This document shows, in pieces, positions 9,941 through 19,741 of a stretch of 64,000 nt of DNA. The notes under the pieces were generated by a model that was not told the origin of the DNA, did no database searches, and saw only the letters and a program-made list of their open reading frames with translations. The DNA comes from a virus, in the IMG/VR virus record IMGVR_UViG_3300046557_000205, positions 6,565 through 70,564 of that record; one strand, given 5' to 3'. The translations under genes and the position numbers were made by a program. How positions within the stretch are numbered: position 1 is the stretch's first letter; each line of letters opens with the position of its first letter.

Positions 9941-10195
9941 ATGGAGATGGAACATAATCTCGATGTAAGATTATCATCTTTGGAACGTTGGCGAACAACT
10001 ATTGAAGTATCTCTTGGTAAATTAGAAGTTGACAAAGGGTATATCAATAAGAGGTTTGACGCAATTGAAGGTGAACTAAAAGAAATTAAGAATGCTGGCA
10101 AGAAGTTGAACTACATGGTTTATGCTTCTGTTGTAGCATATATTGTCAAGTTTATCGTTGATGGTGGACTTGGTACTCACCTACCAATCATTTAA
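9941..10195 (+). CDS. small coiled-coil protein with C-terminal TM segment
   Basis: AAGGAG RBS; heptad pattern then hydrophobic helix. Confidence 0.65.
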   Translation: MEMEHNLDVRLSSLERWRTTIEVSLGKLEVDKGYINKRFDAIEGELKEIKNAGKKLNYMVYASVVAYIVKFIVDGGLGTHLPII

Positions 10196-10207
10196 AAGGA
10201 ACCCTGA

Positions 10208-10615
10208 ATGACACTTCAATACTCTGTAACTGTAAGGAACGCGAAGCTTGATGCTGTCGAGACGGCGACCGGTACTTCTGCAATCCTTCGTATTCGAACT
10301 GGTACTGTCCCTGCAACTTGTGCTACTGCTGATGCAGGTACTGTAGTTGCAACCTGTACTCTTCCCTCTGACTGGATGGCCGCTGCTTCTAGTGGTACAA
10401 AAGCACTGACTGGCTCTTGGGCCGATAGCTCTGCTGATGCTACTGGTACTGCTGGTCACTTCCGAATTTATGACTCTGCCGGTACGACCTGCCATATTCA
10501 GGGTACGGTTACTGCTACTGGTGGTGGTGGCGATATGACGGTTGATAATACCTCCTTCGCTTCTGGTCAGGCCTTTACGGTCACGACCTTTACGCTGACT
10601 GCTGGTAACGCCTAA
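10208..10615 (+). CDS. putative structural/fibre subunit
   Basis: Thr/Ala/Gly-rich beta protein, ATGTAGHFRI motif, capsid-like codon bias. Confidence 0.65.
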   Translation: MTLQYSVTVRNAKLDAVETATGTSAILRIRTGTVPATCATADAGTVVATCTLPSDWMAAASSGTKALTGSWADSSADATGTAGHFRIYDSAGTTCHIQGTVTATGGGGDMTVDNTSFASGQAFTVTTFTLTAGNA

Positions 10616-10634
10616 TCAATAAGGGAGAGTACAA

Positions 10635-13600
10635 TTGGCTGCAACTATTACACTTGTTGGCACTACTACTGCCACAACGTCTGCTACTCTCCCTGCCCAC
10701 CAAGCTGGCGACCTCATTGTTCTATTCGTTTCCCGTAACAACCTAGTAACTGCTCCAACTACTCCTACTGCTGGTGGTACTGTCCCTACTTGGACAAGTC
10801 TTATGACCCTAGCTGGTACTTCTTGTTGGGCTGGTGTATTTTATGCTACTGCTGTTAACGAACTAACAACTACCGGAACTTGGACTAATGCTACTCAGAT
10901 TGAAGTAGCTATCTATCGTAGTACCGGGAGCTTTGGTTTTGTTGGTACACCAACTTCCAATCAGGGACTAGGTACAACTATTACATACCCAGCAGCTACT
11001 AATGCTTCTGGCTCTCATACTGGCCAATGGTTGAACTTCGGTTTTACGAGGGCAATCAATAGTACTATCGAAACTCCTCCTACTGGATCTACTCTGGTTA
11101 GGAATGACGTTGCTAGTGCTTCAGAGTCCAGTATCTTTACTAAATCTTCTGTCAGTTCAAACTTCACTTCAGCTAACGTATCCATTGGTGGTACTAGTAC
11201 TGGCTGGATTGGGATGACTGCACAGCTTGCTTGTAGCAATTTTACTACAGGTAAAACATACAATCCACAAGAACCTGGCCCTTGGGTTGGTTACTATACT
11301 GGTCTAGAAAGCAGTGGGTTCAATGGTACTAAAAGCTACACTCTCGGCGGTGGTGCTCCTACTCTAGGATATCCTCCAGCCAAAGCCACAAGATGGTTAG
11401 GTTGTGTTGCAAAAGCATATAATGCTGGTTTTAGTACTGAATATGAAATTACAGCTGCTACTATTGGTGGTATATCCGCAACTATTAAACATTCTACAGG
11501 AACTTGGGCAAGTGGTGCATATACCGCTATTCTTGCTAACGTCCCTACTGGATTAACACCTACCCTGACTATCACTGTTGCAACCGGTACTCAGGTTATG
11601 GTTAACAGTGAATTTGCTTTCGATAATGTTGATCCTACAACTCTTTCTATAACCTTCAATAACTCTTCTCTTGTGACATTCAATACTGTTGCAGGAGACC
11701 AGGTATATGGTGTTACCAATGTTTCATTTACACCTATTGAAGATTCTCCTATGGGGAATACTACAAACCTAACTCAAGTATACGAGAATGTTTATTCCTC
11801 AGGGAATTTATCATCTCAAGGTGTTAAGTTATTTACAAATACGAATACTGGTATAAGTTTTGATGCTGGTACTAACTACGCTGGACGTACATCTGGTGGT
11901 AGTTATGTAGTCAAAGCTGCAACAAGCGCTACAACTACTACGACTGACTTTCTACTCTCTGGTTCTTCTTATACTATCCCAACTGGTGTTACCAACCTTC
12001 TCTCTGTAGAAGTACTTGGTGCAGGTGGTTCGGGTGCTAGTGTATCAGCCGGTACTGTAGGAGCAGGTGGAGGAGGTGGAGCTTACTCTGCTATCTTTAA
12101 CATGTCTGTCACTGCTGGTGCTAGTGTATCTTATCAAGTAGGTTCTACTGGTGATACATGGTTCTCTACTTCTGGTACTGTCCTAGCTAAAGCTGGTGTA
12201 ACCCCAACGGGTTCTACTGGTGGAGCAGGTGGTGCAGCAGGTAGTGGTGTTGGTACTGTAACCTTCTCTGGTGGTGCAGGCGGTAACGCTGGTTCATCTG
12301 GGGGTGGCGGAGGTGGCGGTGCTGCTGGTCCTAGGGGTAATGGTAAAGCTGGTGGTGTTGGTTCTTCAGGTCTCCGAGGAGGAGGCGGTGGTGGAGCTAA
12401 TGGTTACTGGTCTACAGCTGCTGGTGATGCTACTACAGGTGGTTCTGGTATTGGTGGAGCAGGTCCTACTAACTCGGTAGGTGGTCCTCGTGATACTGGT
12501 ACTGCTGGTACAGCCGGTTCCGGTGGTGGTGGTAATAATGGTGGTTCAGCTGCTGGTAACGGTTCTCACAATTCTGAATGGGGCATTACACATGGTGTAG
12601 GCTCTGGCGGTGGTGGGGGCGGTGGTAACACAGGTGAATTTGCAGGTTCTGGTGGTGGCTTCGGTGGGGGTGGGGGTGGATCCTCTTCTTCTACTATTGC
12701 TGGTGCTGGTACAGGTGCTGGTGGTCTTATTGCAATTACCTATTTTGGTACCGCTGGTGGTACAGGTACTGCATCAATCACTGAAGCTTCTGATACTGTC
12801 TCTAGTGCTTCTACTATTGCACTGTCAGCCAATGCATCTATCACTACTGCAAATGATACTTCATCTTCTACTTCAACACTAGTTATAACTTCAAACACCT
12901 CAGACACAGAGGGCAACGATACAAGTACTTCAGCTGGTACGATTAGTATTAAAGCTAATGCTTCTATTACAGAAGATGGCGATACGATACTATCAGATGC
13001 TAGAGGTCCTACTCGTTTTGCTGATGCTTCCATTACTGAGGCTGACGACACTATATCAAGCACTGGTCAATCTTCTTATTCTGGTATCCTAACGGTTACA
13101 GAAGCAGACGACACTATAGTAAGTGCTACGAGGGCTGCTATCTCTGCTACTGTAATTCCTACAGAAGATAGTGATACTTCATCTTCTACCTCAACAATAA
13201 GTATTAGAGCTAATGCCCCAATCTCTGAGGCAGGTGATACAATCTTTGCTGATGCTAACGGTCTACCTCCTCCAATAACTGGAACGGTGAATGTTACTGA
13301 AGCGAACGATACACTCTCTAGCTTAAACACTGTGCTTATTACAGGTACTTATACGAATACAGAAGCTAATGATACTCTTACTTCAGGAACTATCCTTAAG
13401 GTTACGGCTAATAGCTCTAACACTGAAGTAAATGATACTATTTCAGCTACTGCTAATTCCTCAAACTCTGGTGTCTTAAATATCACTGAGACTAACGATA
13501 CTGTCACTTCAGCTACTAAGTTGGCTCTTAGTGGTGTATTTAATATCAGTGAGAATTCAGACACTGCCTCTAGTGCAACAACTATCCTTATTTCAGCCAA

Positions 13601-14033
13601 TGTTGTACCTCTTGAAGAAAACGACTCTCTCTCTGCTTTTGGTTCGAAACCACCAATTGTAGCAAATAGTTCAATGGCTGAAGATAGTGATACAATAGTA
13701 TCTGCTAGTACCATCTCTCTTCCGACCATACACGCTGATGTAGGCGTTACAGAGGGTAATGATACACTATCTACCGCTGCAACTACAAAGATCACTGGTG
13801 GTGCCTCTATGGTCGAAGGAAACGATACTCTATCAACTAGAGGTGGTCCTAAGATTGTAGCAAATGGTAATACAATAGAACAAAATGATATAGTTGTCAG
13901 TACTGCTACTCGTCCTCCGTGGCGTCCTATCAGTGATGACAGCACACTCCCATACTCAACTAAGTCTGGATCAAATGATAGACCTTACCAAGGTAATTCA
14001 GATATTGGAAGACGTCCCTATAAAACTGGTTAA
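10635..14033 (+). CDS. large fibre/adhesin-like protein with Gly-rich domain and about 18 ExxDT repeats
   Basis: TTG start with GGGAG RBS; beta-rich N-terminal domains, GGGGG runs, ~21-aa periodic repeats. Confidence 0.7.
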   Translation: MAATITLVGTTTATTSATLPAHQAGDLIVLFVSRNNLVTAPTTPTAGGTVPTWTSLMTLAGTSCWAGVFYATAVNELTTTGTWTNATQIEVAIYRSTGSFGFVGTPTSNQGLGTTITYPAATNASGSHTGQWLNFGFTRAINSTIETPPTGSTLVRNDVASASESSIFTKSSVSSNFTSANVSIGGTSTGWIGMTAQLACSNFTTGKTYNPQEPGPWVGYYTGLESSGFNGTKSYTLGGGAPTLGYPPAKATRWLGCVAKAYNAGFSTEYEITAATIGGISATIKHSTGTWASGAYTAILANVPTGLTPTLTITVATGTQVMVNSEFAFDNVDPTTLSITFNNSSLVTFNTVAGDQVYGVTNVSFTPIEDSPMGNTTNLTQVYENVYSSGNLSSQGVKLFTNTNTGISFDAGTNYAGRTSGGSYVVKAATSATTTTTDFLLSGSSYTIPTGVTNLLSVEVLGAGGSGASVSAGTVGAGGGGGAYSAIFNMSVTAGASVSYQVGSTGDTWFSTSGTVLAKAGVTPTGSTGGAGGAAGSGVGTVTFSGGAGGNAGSSGGGGGGGAAGPRGNGKAGGVGSSGLRGGGGGGANGYWSTAAGDATTGGSGIGGAGPTNSVGGPRDTGTAGTAGSGGGGNNGGSAAGNGSHNSEWGITHGVGSGGGGGGGNTGEFAGSGGGFGGGGGGSSSSTIAGAGTGAGGLIAITYFGTAGGTGTASITEASDTVSSASTIALSANASITTANDTSSSTSTLVITSNTSDTEGNDTSTSAGTISIKANASITEDGDTILSDARGPTRFADASITEADDTISSTGQSSYSGILTVTEADDTIVSATRAAISATVIPTEDSDTSSSTSTISIRANAPISEAGDTIFADANGLPPPITGTVNVTEANDTLSSLNTVLITGTYTNTEANDTLTSGTILKVTANSSNTEVNDTISATANSSNSGVLNITETNDTVTSATKLALSGVFNISENSDTASSATTILISANVVPLEENDSLSAFGSKPPIVANSSMAEDSDTIVSASTISLPTIHADVGVTEGNDTLSTAATTKITGGASMVEGNDTLSTRGGPKIVANGNTIEQNDIVVSTATRPPWRPISDDSTLPYSTKSGSNDRPYQGNSDIGRRPYKTG
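12771..13905 (+). repeat. about 18 tandem ~21-aa repeats (xxxxTExxDTxxS)
   Basis: ITEASDT, TEGNDT, TEDGDT, TEADDT, TEANDT ... IEQND read in translation. Confidence 0.85.
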
Positions 14034-14079
14034 TCAGCGAAGCTGAGTATTCTTTGCTACGCAAATAAAGGAATTTTCA

Positions 14080-14823
14080 ATGGCAGGTAGTACTTATCTA
14101 GATCTTGTTAATCGTGTCATTAGACGTATTAATGAAGTCGAACTCACTGAAACTTCCTTTGCCTCAGCTCGCGGTATGCAGGCTGTAGTTAAGGATGCTG
14201 TTCGAGATGCAGTGTATGAGATTAATCAACAGAAGTGGGAATGGCCATATCATGCATATCAGAACGCTCAGGTTCTGCAGATAGGTGAGAATGAGTATTC
14301 TTGGCCTTTGGACTTTAAGTCTGTCGACTGGAATAGCTTCCAGATCCGAAAAGACACTGCTCTGAATATCAATAATACTCATCTCGCTGTTATCGACAGG
14401 AATGAGTGGTATACATATATGAAGGATGCAGATGAAGATAACTACCCTAATGGTACGAAACTTCCTCACTATGTTTTCAAAGCTCATGGTAATGGTTTTG
14501 GTGTAGCCCCTGCTCCCGATAAAGCTTACACAGTAGAGTTTAGATACTATAGGAATGAAAATCCTTTGGTAATCTTCAGCGATGTTACAGACATTCCTAG
14601 TGAATTTGATAACGTTATTACTATGGGCGCCCTATACCACATGAATCTCTTCCGGGAAAATCAACAGGGAGTTGCAATTGCTCAAGACTCTTTCACTAAA
14701 GGTATTAAAGCAATGTATTCAATTCTCGTGGGTGAAGTGTCTCCCTACGTGTCAACTACTGTACTTAACAATACAGGTATTCCCACTCTTAATGGTGGCG
14801 GAAGGGATAATTATAAGCTATGA
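14080..14823 (+). CDS. head-tail adaptor (tail tubular protein A-like)
   Basis: TYLDLVNRVIRRINE N-terminus, PAPDKAYTV; position. Confidence 0.75.
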   Translation: MAGSTYLDLVNRVIRRINEVELTETSFASARGMQAVVKDAVRDAVYEINQQKWEWPYHAYQNAQVLQIGENEYSWPLDFKSVDWNSFQIRKDTALNINNTHLAVIDRNEWYTYMKDADEDNYPNGTKLPHYVFKAHGNGFGVAPAPDKAYTVEFRYYRNENPLVIFSDVTDIPSEFDNVITMGALYHMNLFRENQQGVAIAQDSFTKGIKAMYSILVGEVSPYVSTTVLNNTGIPTLNGGGRDNYKL

Positions 14824-16433
14824 TGGAAGAACTCCAAAGTCAGAAGGTCGTCAGTCTCGGTGGTCTAAATTCTAATGTAAATCACATTCAGCTCTCGGAC
14901 AATGAACCAGGATCTGCTGTTGAACTTCAGAACTTTGAGAGTTCCCTTTATGGTGGTTATCGCAGACTATCTGGTTATGACTATCTAAGTCCTGACAGTC
15001 ATCAAGTTGATGCAACTAATGCTGAGGGTCGTATCCTGATGGTTACGATCTTCAATGATGGTTTCTATGCTGCACGTAAACAGAAGTCAGGTAATACTTA
15101 CAAGATTTACTCTTTCAATGGAGCTTCTTGGGATCCAATTACAACTGGTTTTACCCTTAGTTCTGTTAATGTAACTCGTATCAGATTTAAAGAGTTCAAT
15201 TTCAAGGGTGTTCAGACTATTTGTTTTGTCGATGGTGTGAATAACGCCTATCTCTTTAATGGTACAACTTGGTCACAGATTGATTCAGCTGATACTGGTG
15301 CCGACTATGCACATGCTGGTGGAAATCAGGCAGTAAATGCACCTAATCTAGTTAACGTATTCAGAAACTTTCTCTTCATTGCACAGAGTAACGTAGTTGT
15401 CTACAGTGCTCCACTCAGTGAATTCAATTGGACAGCTGCTGCTGGCTCAGGTCAGCTTCCTGTAGGGTTTGTAATTCAACAGATTATGCCTTTCCGTGAT
15501 GCTCTCTATGTCTTTGGTGTCAATAACATCAAGGCAGTTACTGTAGCTACAACCTCTGCTGGTGTCTCTAGCTTTGTTATCAATGACGTTACAACTAATA
15601 TCGGTTGCTTGGCTCCTGATAGTGTAGTTGAAATCGATGGTAACTTGGTCTTCTTATCTCAGGATGGGTTCAGACCTATTGAAGGTACAGATAGAATTGG
15701 TGACGTACAGTTGGAAATGATCTCTAAGAAGATCCAACAGCTTATCACTGATGAAATTGTCGGTAACGATATGTCTGAACTTTGTTCAGTTCTTGTCAGA
15801 AACAAATCACAGGTACGGTTCTTCTTCTCATCCCCTAGTAAACCAAGAGCTAGTACCTTTGGTGTCATTGGATGTCTCAGAAATGCTGCAACCAATACCG
15901 GAGCTACTTCTCAAACTTGGGAGTGGGGACGATTGAAGGGTATCAGTGCTGCTTGTGCATTCTCTAAGTATATTGGAAGCAATGAATATGTCCTCCATGG
16001 TACTTATGATGGTATGGTTATGAGACAAGAAGTAGGTAATACTTTCGCTGGTAATGCAGTTGAGGCTATCTATGCTACACCGTTCTTGGATTTTGGTGCT
16101 GCTGGTGTTCGAAAGACAATGAGGAAAATTAGGTTGTTTGTCCGCCCCGAAGGTGAAATGATTATCTCAGCCCGTCTTGTTTATGACTGGAATGATATAA
16201 GTAAACTCAATCCTACTACTTATGGTATCGAAACTGATACAAGTTCTTTGGCTCGATATGGTACAGCTGTATATGGAACAAGTGTTTATTCTGCCCCCGG
16301 AACTCCGGTTCTAATCTCTAATGTTGAGGGCTCTGGCTTCTCAGTACAAGTACGTTATTCAACTGTAGATACGAATGCTCCTTACACCATTCAAGGTGCA
16401 CTTTATGACTTTTCCGTAGAGGGGAGAAAATAA
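14820..16433 (+). CDS. tail nozzle/stabilisation protein (tubular B-like)
   Basis: GGLN N-terminus, NIGC..PDSV beta-propeller pattern; ATGA overlap. Confidence 0.75.
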   Translation: MMEELQSQKVVSLGGLNSNVNHIQLSDNEPGSAVELQNFESSLYGGYRRLSGYDYLSPDSHQVDATNAEGRILMVTIFNDGFYAARKQKSGNTYKIYSFNGASWDPITTGFTLSSVNVTRIRFKEFNFKGVQTICFVDGVNNAYLFNGTTWSQIDSADTGADYAHAGGNQAVNAPNLVNVFRNFLFIAQSNVVVYSAPLSEFNWTAAAGSGQLPVGFVIQQIMPFRDALYVFGVNNIKAVTVATTSAGVSSFVINDVTTNIGCLAPDSVVEIDGNLVFLSQDGFRPIEGTDRIGDVQLEMISKKIQQLITDEIVGNDMSELCSVLVRNKSQVRFFFSSPSKPRASTFGVIGCLRNAATNTGATSQTWEWGRLKGISAACAFSKYIGSNEYVLHGTYDGMVMRQEVGNTFAGNAVEAIYATPFLDFGAAGVRKTMRKIRLFVRPEGEMIISARLVYDWNDISKLNPTTYGIETDTSSLARYGTAVYGTSVYSAPGTPVLISNVEGSGFSVQVRYSTVDTNAPYTIQGALYDFSVEGRK

Positions 16434-17908
16434 TGGGTAATGGTTATACTAGACAGAGTGCAGCAGATATTCAGGATGGGGTCATTGTCGAAGCCACTCC
16501 TCTTAATGCTGAATTTAACCAGCTACAGAGTGCTTTCAACTCTAGTACTGGACATACCCATGATGGTACTCTAGGAGAAGGTCCTAAGATCTCTCTCACA
16601 GGATCAATCACTGGTGTCCTCCCTGTTGTCAATGGAGGTATCGGAGGTATTAATAACCCCGGTGTAGCCGCTGATCCCGGAGCCTCTGATGATTCCACTA
16701 CAGGTTATGTACCTGGATCTATCTGGGTAAATAGTACAACGAAAGTCATTTGGCTATGTACTGTTAATACTGCCGGTTCTGCTGTATGGGTTAACTATCA
16801 GCCAATCAAAGCAGGTCTAACATCTATTGGTAATTTGACTACCGGTGCTGATCTTATGATCTACACTACTGCAAATAACCTCTACACTACGACTGCTCTA
16901 ACTCCTTATGCACGTACAATTATTGATGATGCAGATGCTACTTCAGTAAAGAATACTCTTGGTATTTCTACTTTCGTTCAAACGATCCTTGATGATACTG
17001 ATGCTGCTACCGTCCGGAATACGATTGGTCTAGGCTCTATAGCTACACAGAACACTAATGCCTTGAATGTTACCGGTGGTACACTTACAGGCGTAAACGT
17101 TACTGGTACTCTAAGCTCTTCGTCTGTCACAATCAGTGGTGGTACTATTACAGGTATTACTGACTTGGCTGTTGCCGATGGTGGTACTGGTTCTTCCAGT
17201 GTTGCTGCAATGAAGACTAGCTTCGGTCTTGATCAGTTGGATAATACTACTGATATGAACAAGCCACTTTCTACTGCACAGAAGACTTATATTGATAATG
17301 CTTTTGCTGTTCAAGCTCCTGTAGGTATGGTTGCAATGTTCCCTGCAGCTACTGCTCCTTCTGGATGGGTAGAATGTAATGGTGCACTTCTTAACCGTAC
17401 AAGTTACTCTGCTCTTTGGGTTGCTGCTCAGGCAATGGGTACTGTAACTGACGCTAACTGGACTTCGTCTCAGATTGGTTGCTTCTCAGTAGGTAACGGT
17501 TCAACAACTTTCCGTATTCCAGATCTCAGGGGTGAATTCATCCGTGGTTGGGATAATGGTAAGGGCCTTGATCCTAGTCGTGTACGTGGTTCTTACCAGA
17601 GTCCACAGAACCTTAGTCATGCTCATACAGCTTCTGCTGATGCTCAGGGCAACCATGCACACGGTGTTAGTGACCCAGGACATGCTCATACGCTTACTAT
17701 GTGGGCTGGTGATGGTGGTCGATCTGATGGCTTTGGTGGTAACGGAACTGCTTCAGTTATTGGTAACTTTGCCACTGCAGCAGCAGGAACTGGTATCGGT
17801 ATTCAGGCAGCAGGTCTTCATGGACATAATATCACAGTTAATGCCGATGGTGGTTCAGAAGCTCGCCCAGGTAACGTTAGCTTGATGTATTGCATCAAAT
17901 ATCAATAA
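16433..17908 (+). CDS. tail fibre protein with tail-collar domain
   Basis: GYTRQS N-terminus; PVGMVAMF..APSGWVECNG, FRIPDLRGEFIRGWD, HxH repeats. Confidence 0.9.
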   Translation: MGNGYTRQSAADIQDGVIVEATPLNAEFNQLQSAFNSSTGHTHDGTLGEGPKISLTGSITGVLPVVNGGIGGINNPGVAADPGASDDSTTGYVPGSIWVNSTTKVIWLCTVNTAGSAVWVNYQPIKAGLTSIGNLTTGADLMIYTTANNLYTTTALTPYARTIIDDADATSVKNTLGISTFVQTILDDTDAATVRNTIGLGSIATQNTNALNVTGGTLTGVNVTGTLSSSSVTISGGTITGITDLAVADGGTGSSSVAAMKTSFGLDQLDNTTDMNKPLSTAQKTYIDNAFAVQAPVGMVAMFPAATAPSGWVECNGALLNRTSYSALWVAAQAMGTVTDANWTSSQIGCFSVGNGSTTFRIPDLRGEFIRGWDNGKGLDPSRVRGSYQSPQNLSHAHTASADAQGNHAHGVSDPGHAHTLTMWAGDGGRSDGFGGNGTASVIGNFATAAAGTGIGIQAAGLHGHNITVNADGGSEARPGNVSLMYCIKYQ

Positions 17909-17911
17909 GAG

Positions 17912-18481
17912 GTGATCATGCAAGTATATAATTACGATAAAGATACTGGTGCGTATGTCAGTACAGTCAACTGTCCTGTAGACCCTATGGAACCAGATAG
18001 GTTTCTTCAGCCTGCATTCTCTACAGAAGTGGCTCTTATTCCAGATGTGGGTGGTAACATCCGTATCTTTAAGGATGGTGCTTGGTTGTATCAGGCTGTA
18101 GGTACTACAGATGAACCTACCCTAAACCCTCAGCCACCTTCTAATGACCTCATTGATGAAGAACGAAATAGACGTATTCAGGCTGGTCATACTTTCCAAG
18201 TCGATAGTATGTATATCCCACTACAGGGTGCTCCTAATGATCAGATCAATCTGATTGCTCTCAAAGAGAGTGCTAAGGAATATGCTGCTGCTGGTATTAC
18301 TGCTCCGATTATTCCCTTCCGTGATGCGATGAACACTATCCATCAGCTTACCCCTGATCAGATGGTTCGTCTTGTCAATGCAGGACTTGGTTGGGTATCT
18401 GGTATTTATCAGAAATCATGGGCAATGAAGGATAACTTCCCTCGCCCTATGGATTACACTAACGATATGTATTGGAGTTAA
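17912..18481 (+). CDS. tail fibre assembly/chaperone-like protein (DUF4376-like)
   Basis: Follows fibre; YNYDKDTG, ERNRRI...FRDAMN. Confidence 0.7.
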   Translation: MIMQVYNYDKDTGAYVSTVNCPVDPMEPDRFLQPAFSTEVALIPDVGGNIRIFKDGAWLYQAVGTTDEPTLNPQPPSNDLIDEERNRRIQAGHTFQVDSMYIPLQGAPNDQINLIALKESAKEYAAAGITAPIIPFRDAMNTIHQLTPDQMVRLVNAGLGWVSGIYQKSWAMKDNFPRPMDYTNDMYWS

Positions 18482-18483
18482 TC

Positions 18484-18909
18484 ATGAAGACATCTCAAAG
18501 TGGTGTATCGACTATTGTTGTAAGAGAAGGTTCAAGGACTAATGCTTATCAAGATACTAAAGGAATTTGGACTATTGGTGTTGGTCACACTGCTGCTGCT
18601 GGACTACCTCATCCGGTAGCTGGTATGGTAATTACACCTGCTCAGATCCTACAGATACTAGCGCAAGACTTGACTCCTGTGGAGAATGAAGTTAACTCCT
18701 TAGTGAAGGTTCCTCTCACACAGAACCAGTTCGATGCTCTAGTATCTTTCGTATTCAATGTGGGTGGGGGTGCTTTTTCGGGTTCCACCCTCTTGCGTAA
18801 GTTGAACGCTAAAGACTACAAAGGTGCTGCCGATCAGTTTCTAGTTTGGATAAAGCAGCCTGAACTACTTGGACGTAGGCAGAAAGAAAGGGCACAGTTT
18901 CTAGCATGA
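18484..18909 (+). CDS. endolysin, GH24 lysozyme
   Basis: REG..AYQDTKGIWTIGVGHT; QFDALVSFVFNVG; RRQKE. Confidence 0.95.
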   Translation: MKTSQSGVSTIVVREGSRTNAYQDTKGIWTIGVGHTAAAGLPHPVAGMVITPAQILQILAQDLTPVENEVNSLVKVPLTQNQFDALVSFVFNVGGGAFSGSTLLRKLNAKDYKGAADQFLVWIKQPELLGRRQKERAQFLA

Positions 18910-19196
18910 TTAAGATGGCCAGCAGAACTTATTCGAAATGGTTGGTAGCTCTAAACACTGGGCTGTCTTGGGGCTTGATGTACTATGGTGTATATCAGCA
19001 TGAGGCAGTCTATACTGTACCGGGTGGATTTACATTCATTCTTGGTATTGGAGCATACTATATGCACATAGGTCATAGTGACTTGAAAGCAACCGTTGAA
19101 GCAGTAAGTTCTGCTGGTAAATCAGATCTATCAGAACAGCCACAGCAATTCACAGAACCTTCAGGAGGTGCAGATGTTGGAACTCCTACTCAATAA
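18906..19196 (+). CDS. putative holin
   Basis: Two hydrophobic segments, charged tail, between lysin and spanins. Confidence 0.6.
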   Translation: MIKMASRTYSKWLVALNTGLSWGLMYYGVYQHEAVYTVPGGFTFILGIGAYYMHIGHSDLKATVEAVSSAGKSDLSEQPQQFTEPSGGADVGTPTQ

Positions 19197-19524
19197 GAAC
19201 GTATGGATTGCTCTCGCCATTACTATAGGTCTTAGTATCTTCGGGTACAAGGCTTATAGTTTTGGTTACGACCATGCCTCATCTAAATACAATCAACTAA
19301 TTGCAGAAATCAATCGAGCGTCAGCCAAAGAGGCAGATAGACAGATTGAAATACACGACAAAATTACAGAGTTACAACAGGCTCAGATCGTCAGTCTTCA
19401 ACAGACTAAGGATGACTTGAACAAGAAACTTGAGGAGAATAAGGTTGCTGCACACAAAGACCCTAATGCTAATAACCCTGCTATCAATAGGGCTGGCATC
19501 TTGCGGCTCAATGCCATCCGTTAA
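19168..19524 (+). CDS. i-spanin (Rz-like)
   Basis: N-terminal TM plus coiled coil. Confidence 0.75.
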   Translation: MQMLELLLNKNVWIALAITIGLSIFGYKAYSFGYDHASSKYNQLIAEINRASAKEADRQIEIHDKITELQQAQIVSLQQTKDDLNKKLEENKVAAHKDPNANNPAINRAGILRLNAIR

Positions 19525-19741
19525 TGTCTCCACTCATGTAGTGAACACACAACTAGATAGTGAAATGATAGCTGCTTGTGCCCGCCCTGTCGATCTCAGT
19601 ATGTACAAAATATTGACACAAGATGATGTGGAAGCCCTTTGGGAAATAGATCGGATGAACCTAGTTTATTGTGGTCAACAGAAACAAGCCCTAGTGGATA
19701 GAATTAATAAAGAGAATAATCTAAGGAAGGGTAGTCATTAA
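19466..19741 (+). CDS. o-spanin lipoprotein (Rz1-like), overlapping i-spanin
   Basis: MLITLLSIGLASC lipobox in alternative frame; implies Gram-negative host. Confidence 0.8.
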   Translation: MLITLLSIGLASCGSMPSVNVSTHVVNTQLDSEMIAACARPVDLSMYKILTQDDVEALWEIDRMNLVYCGQQKQALVDRINKENNLRKGSH

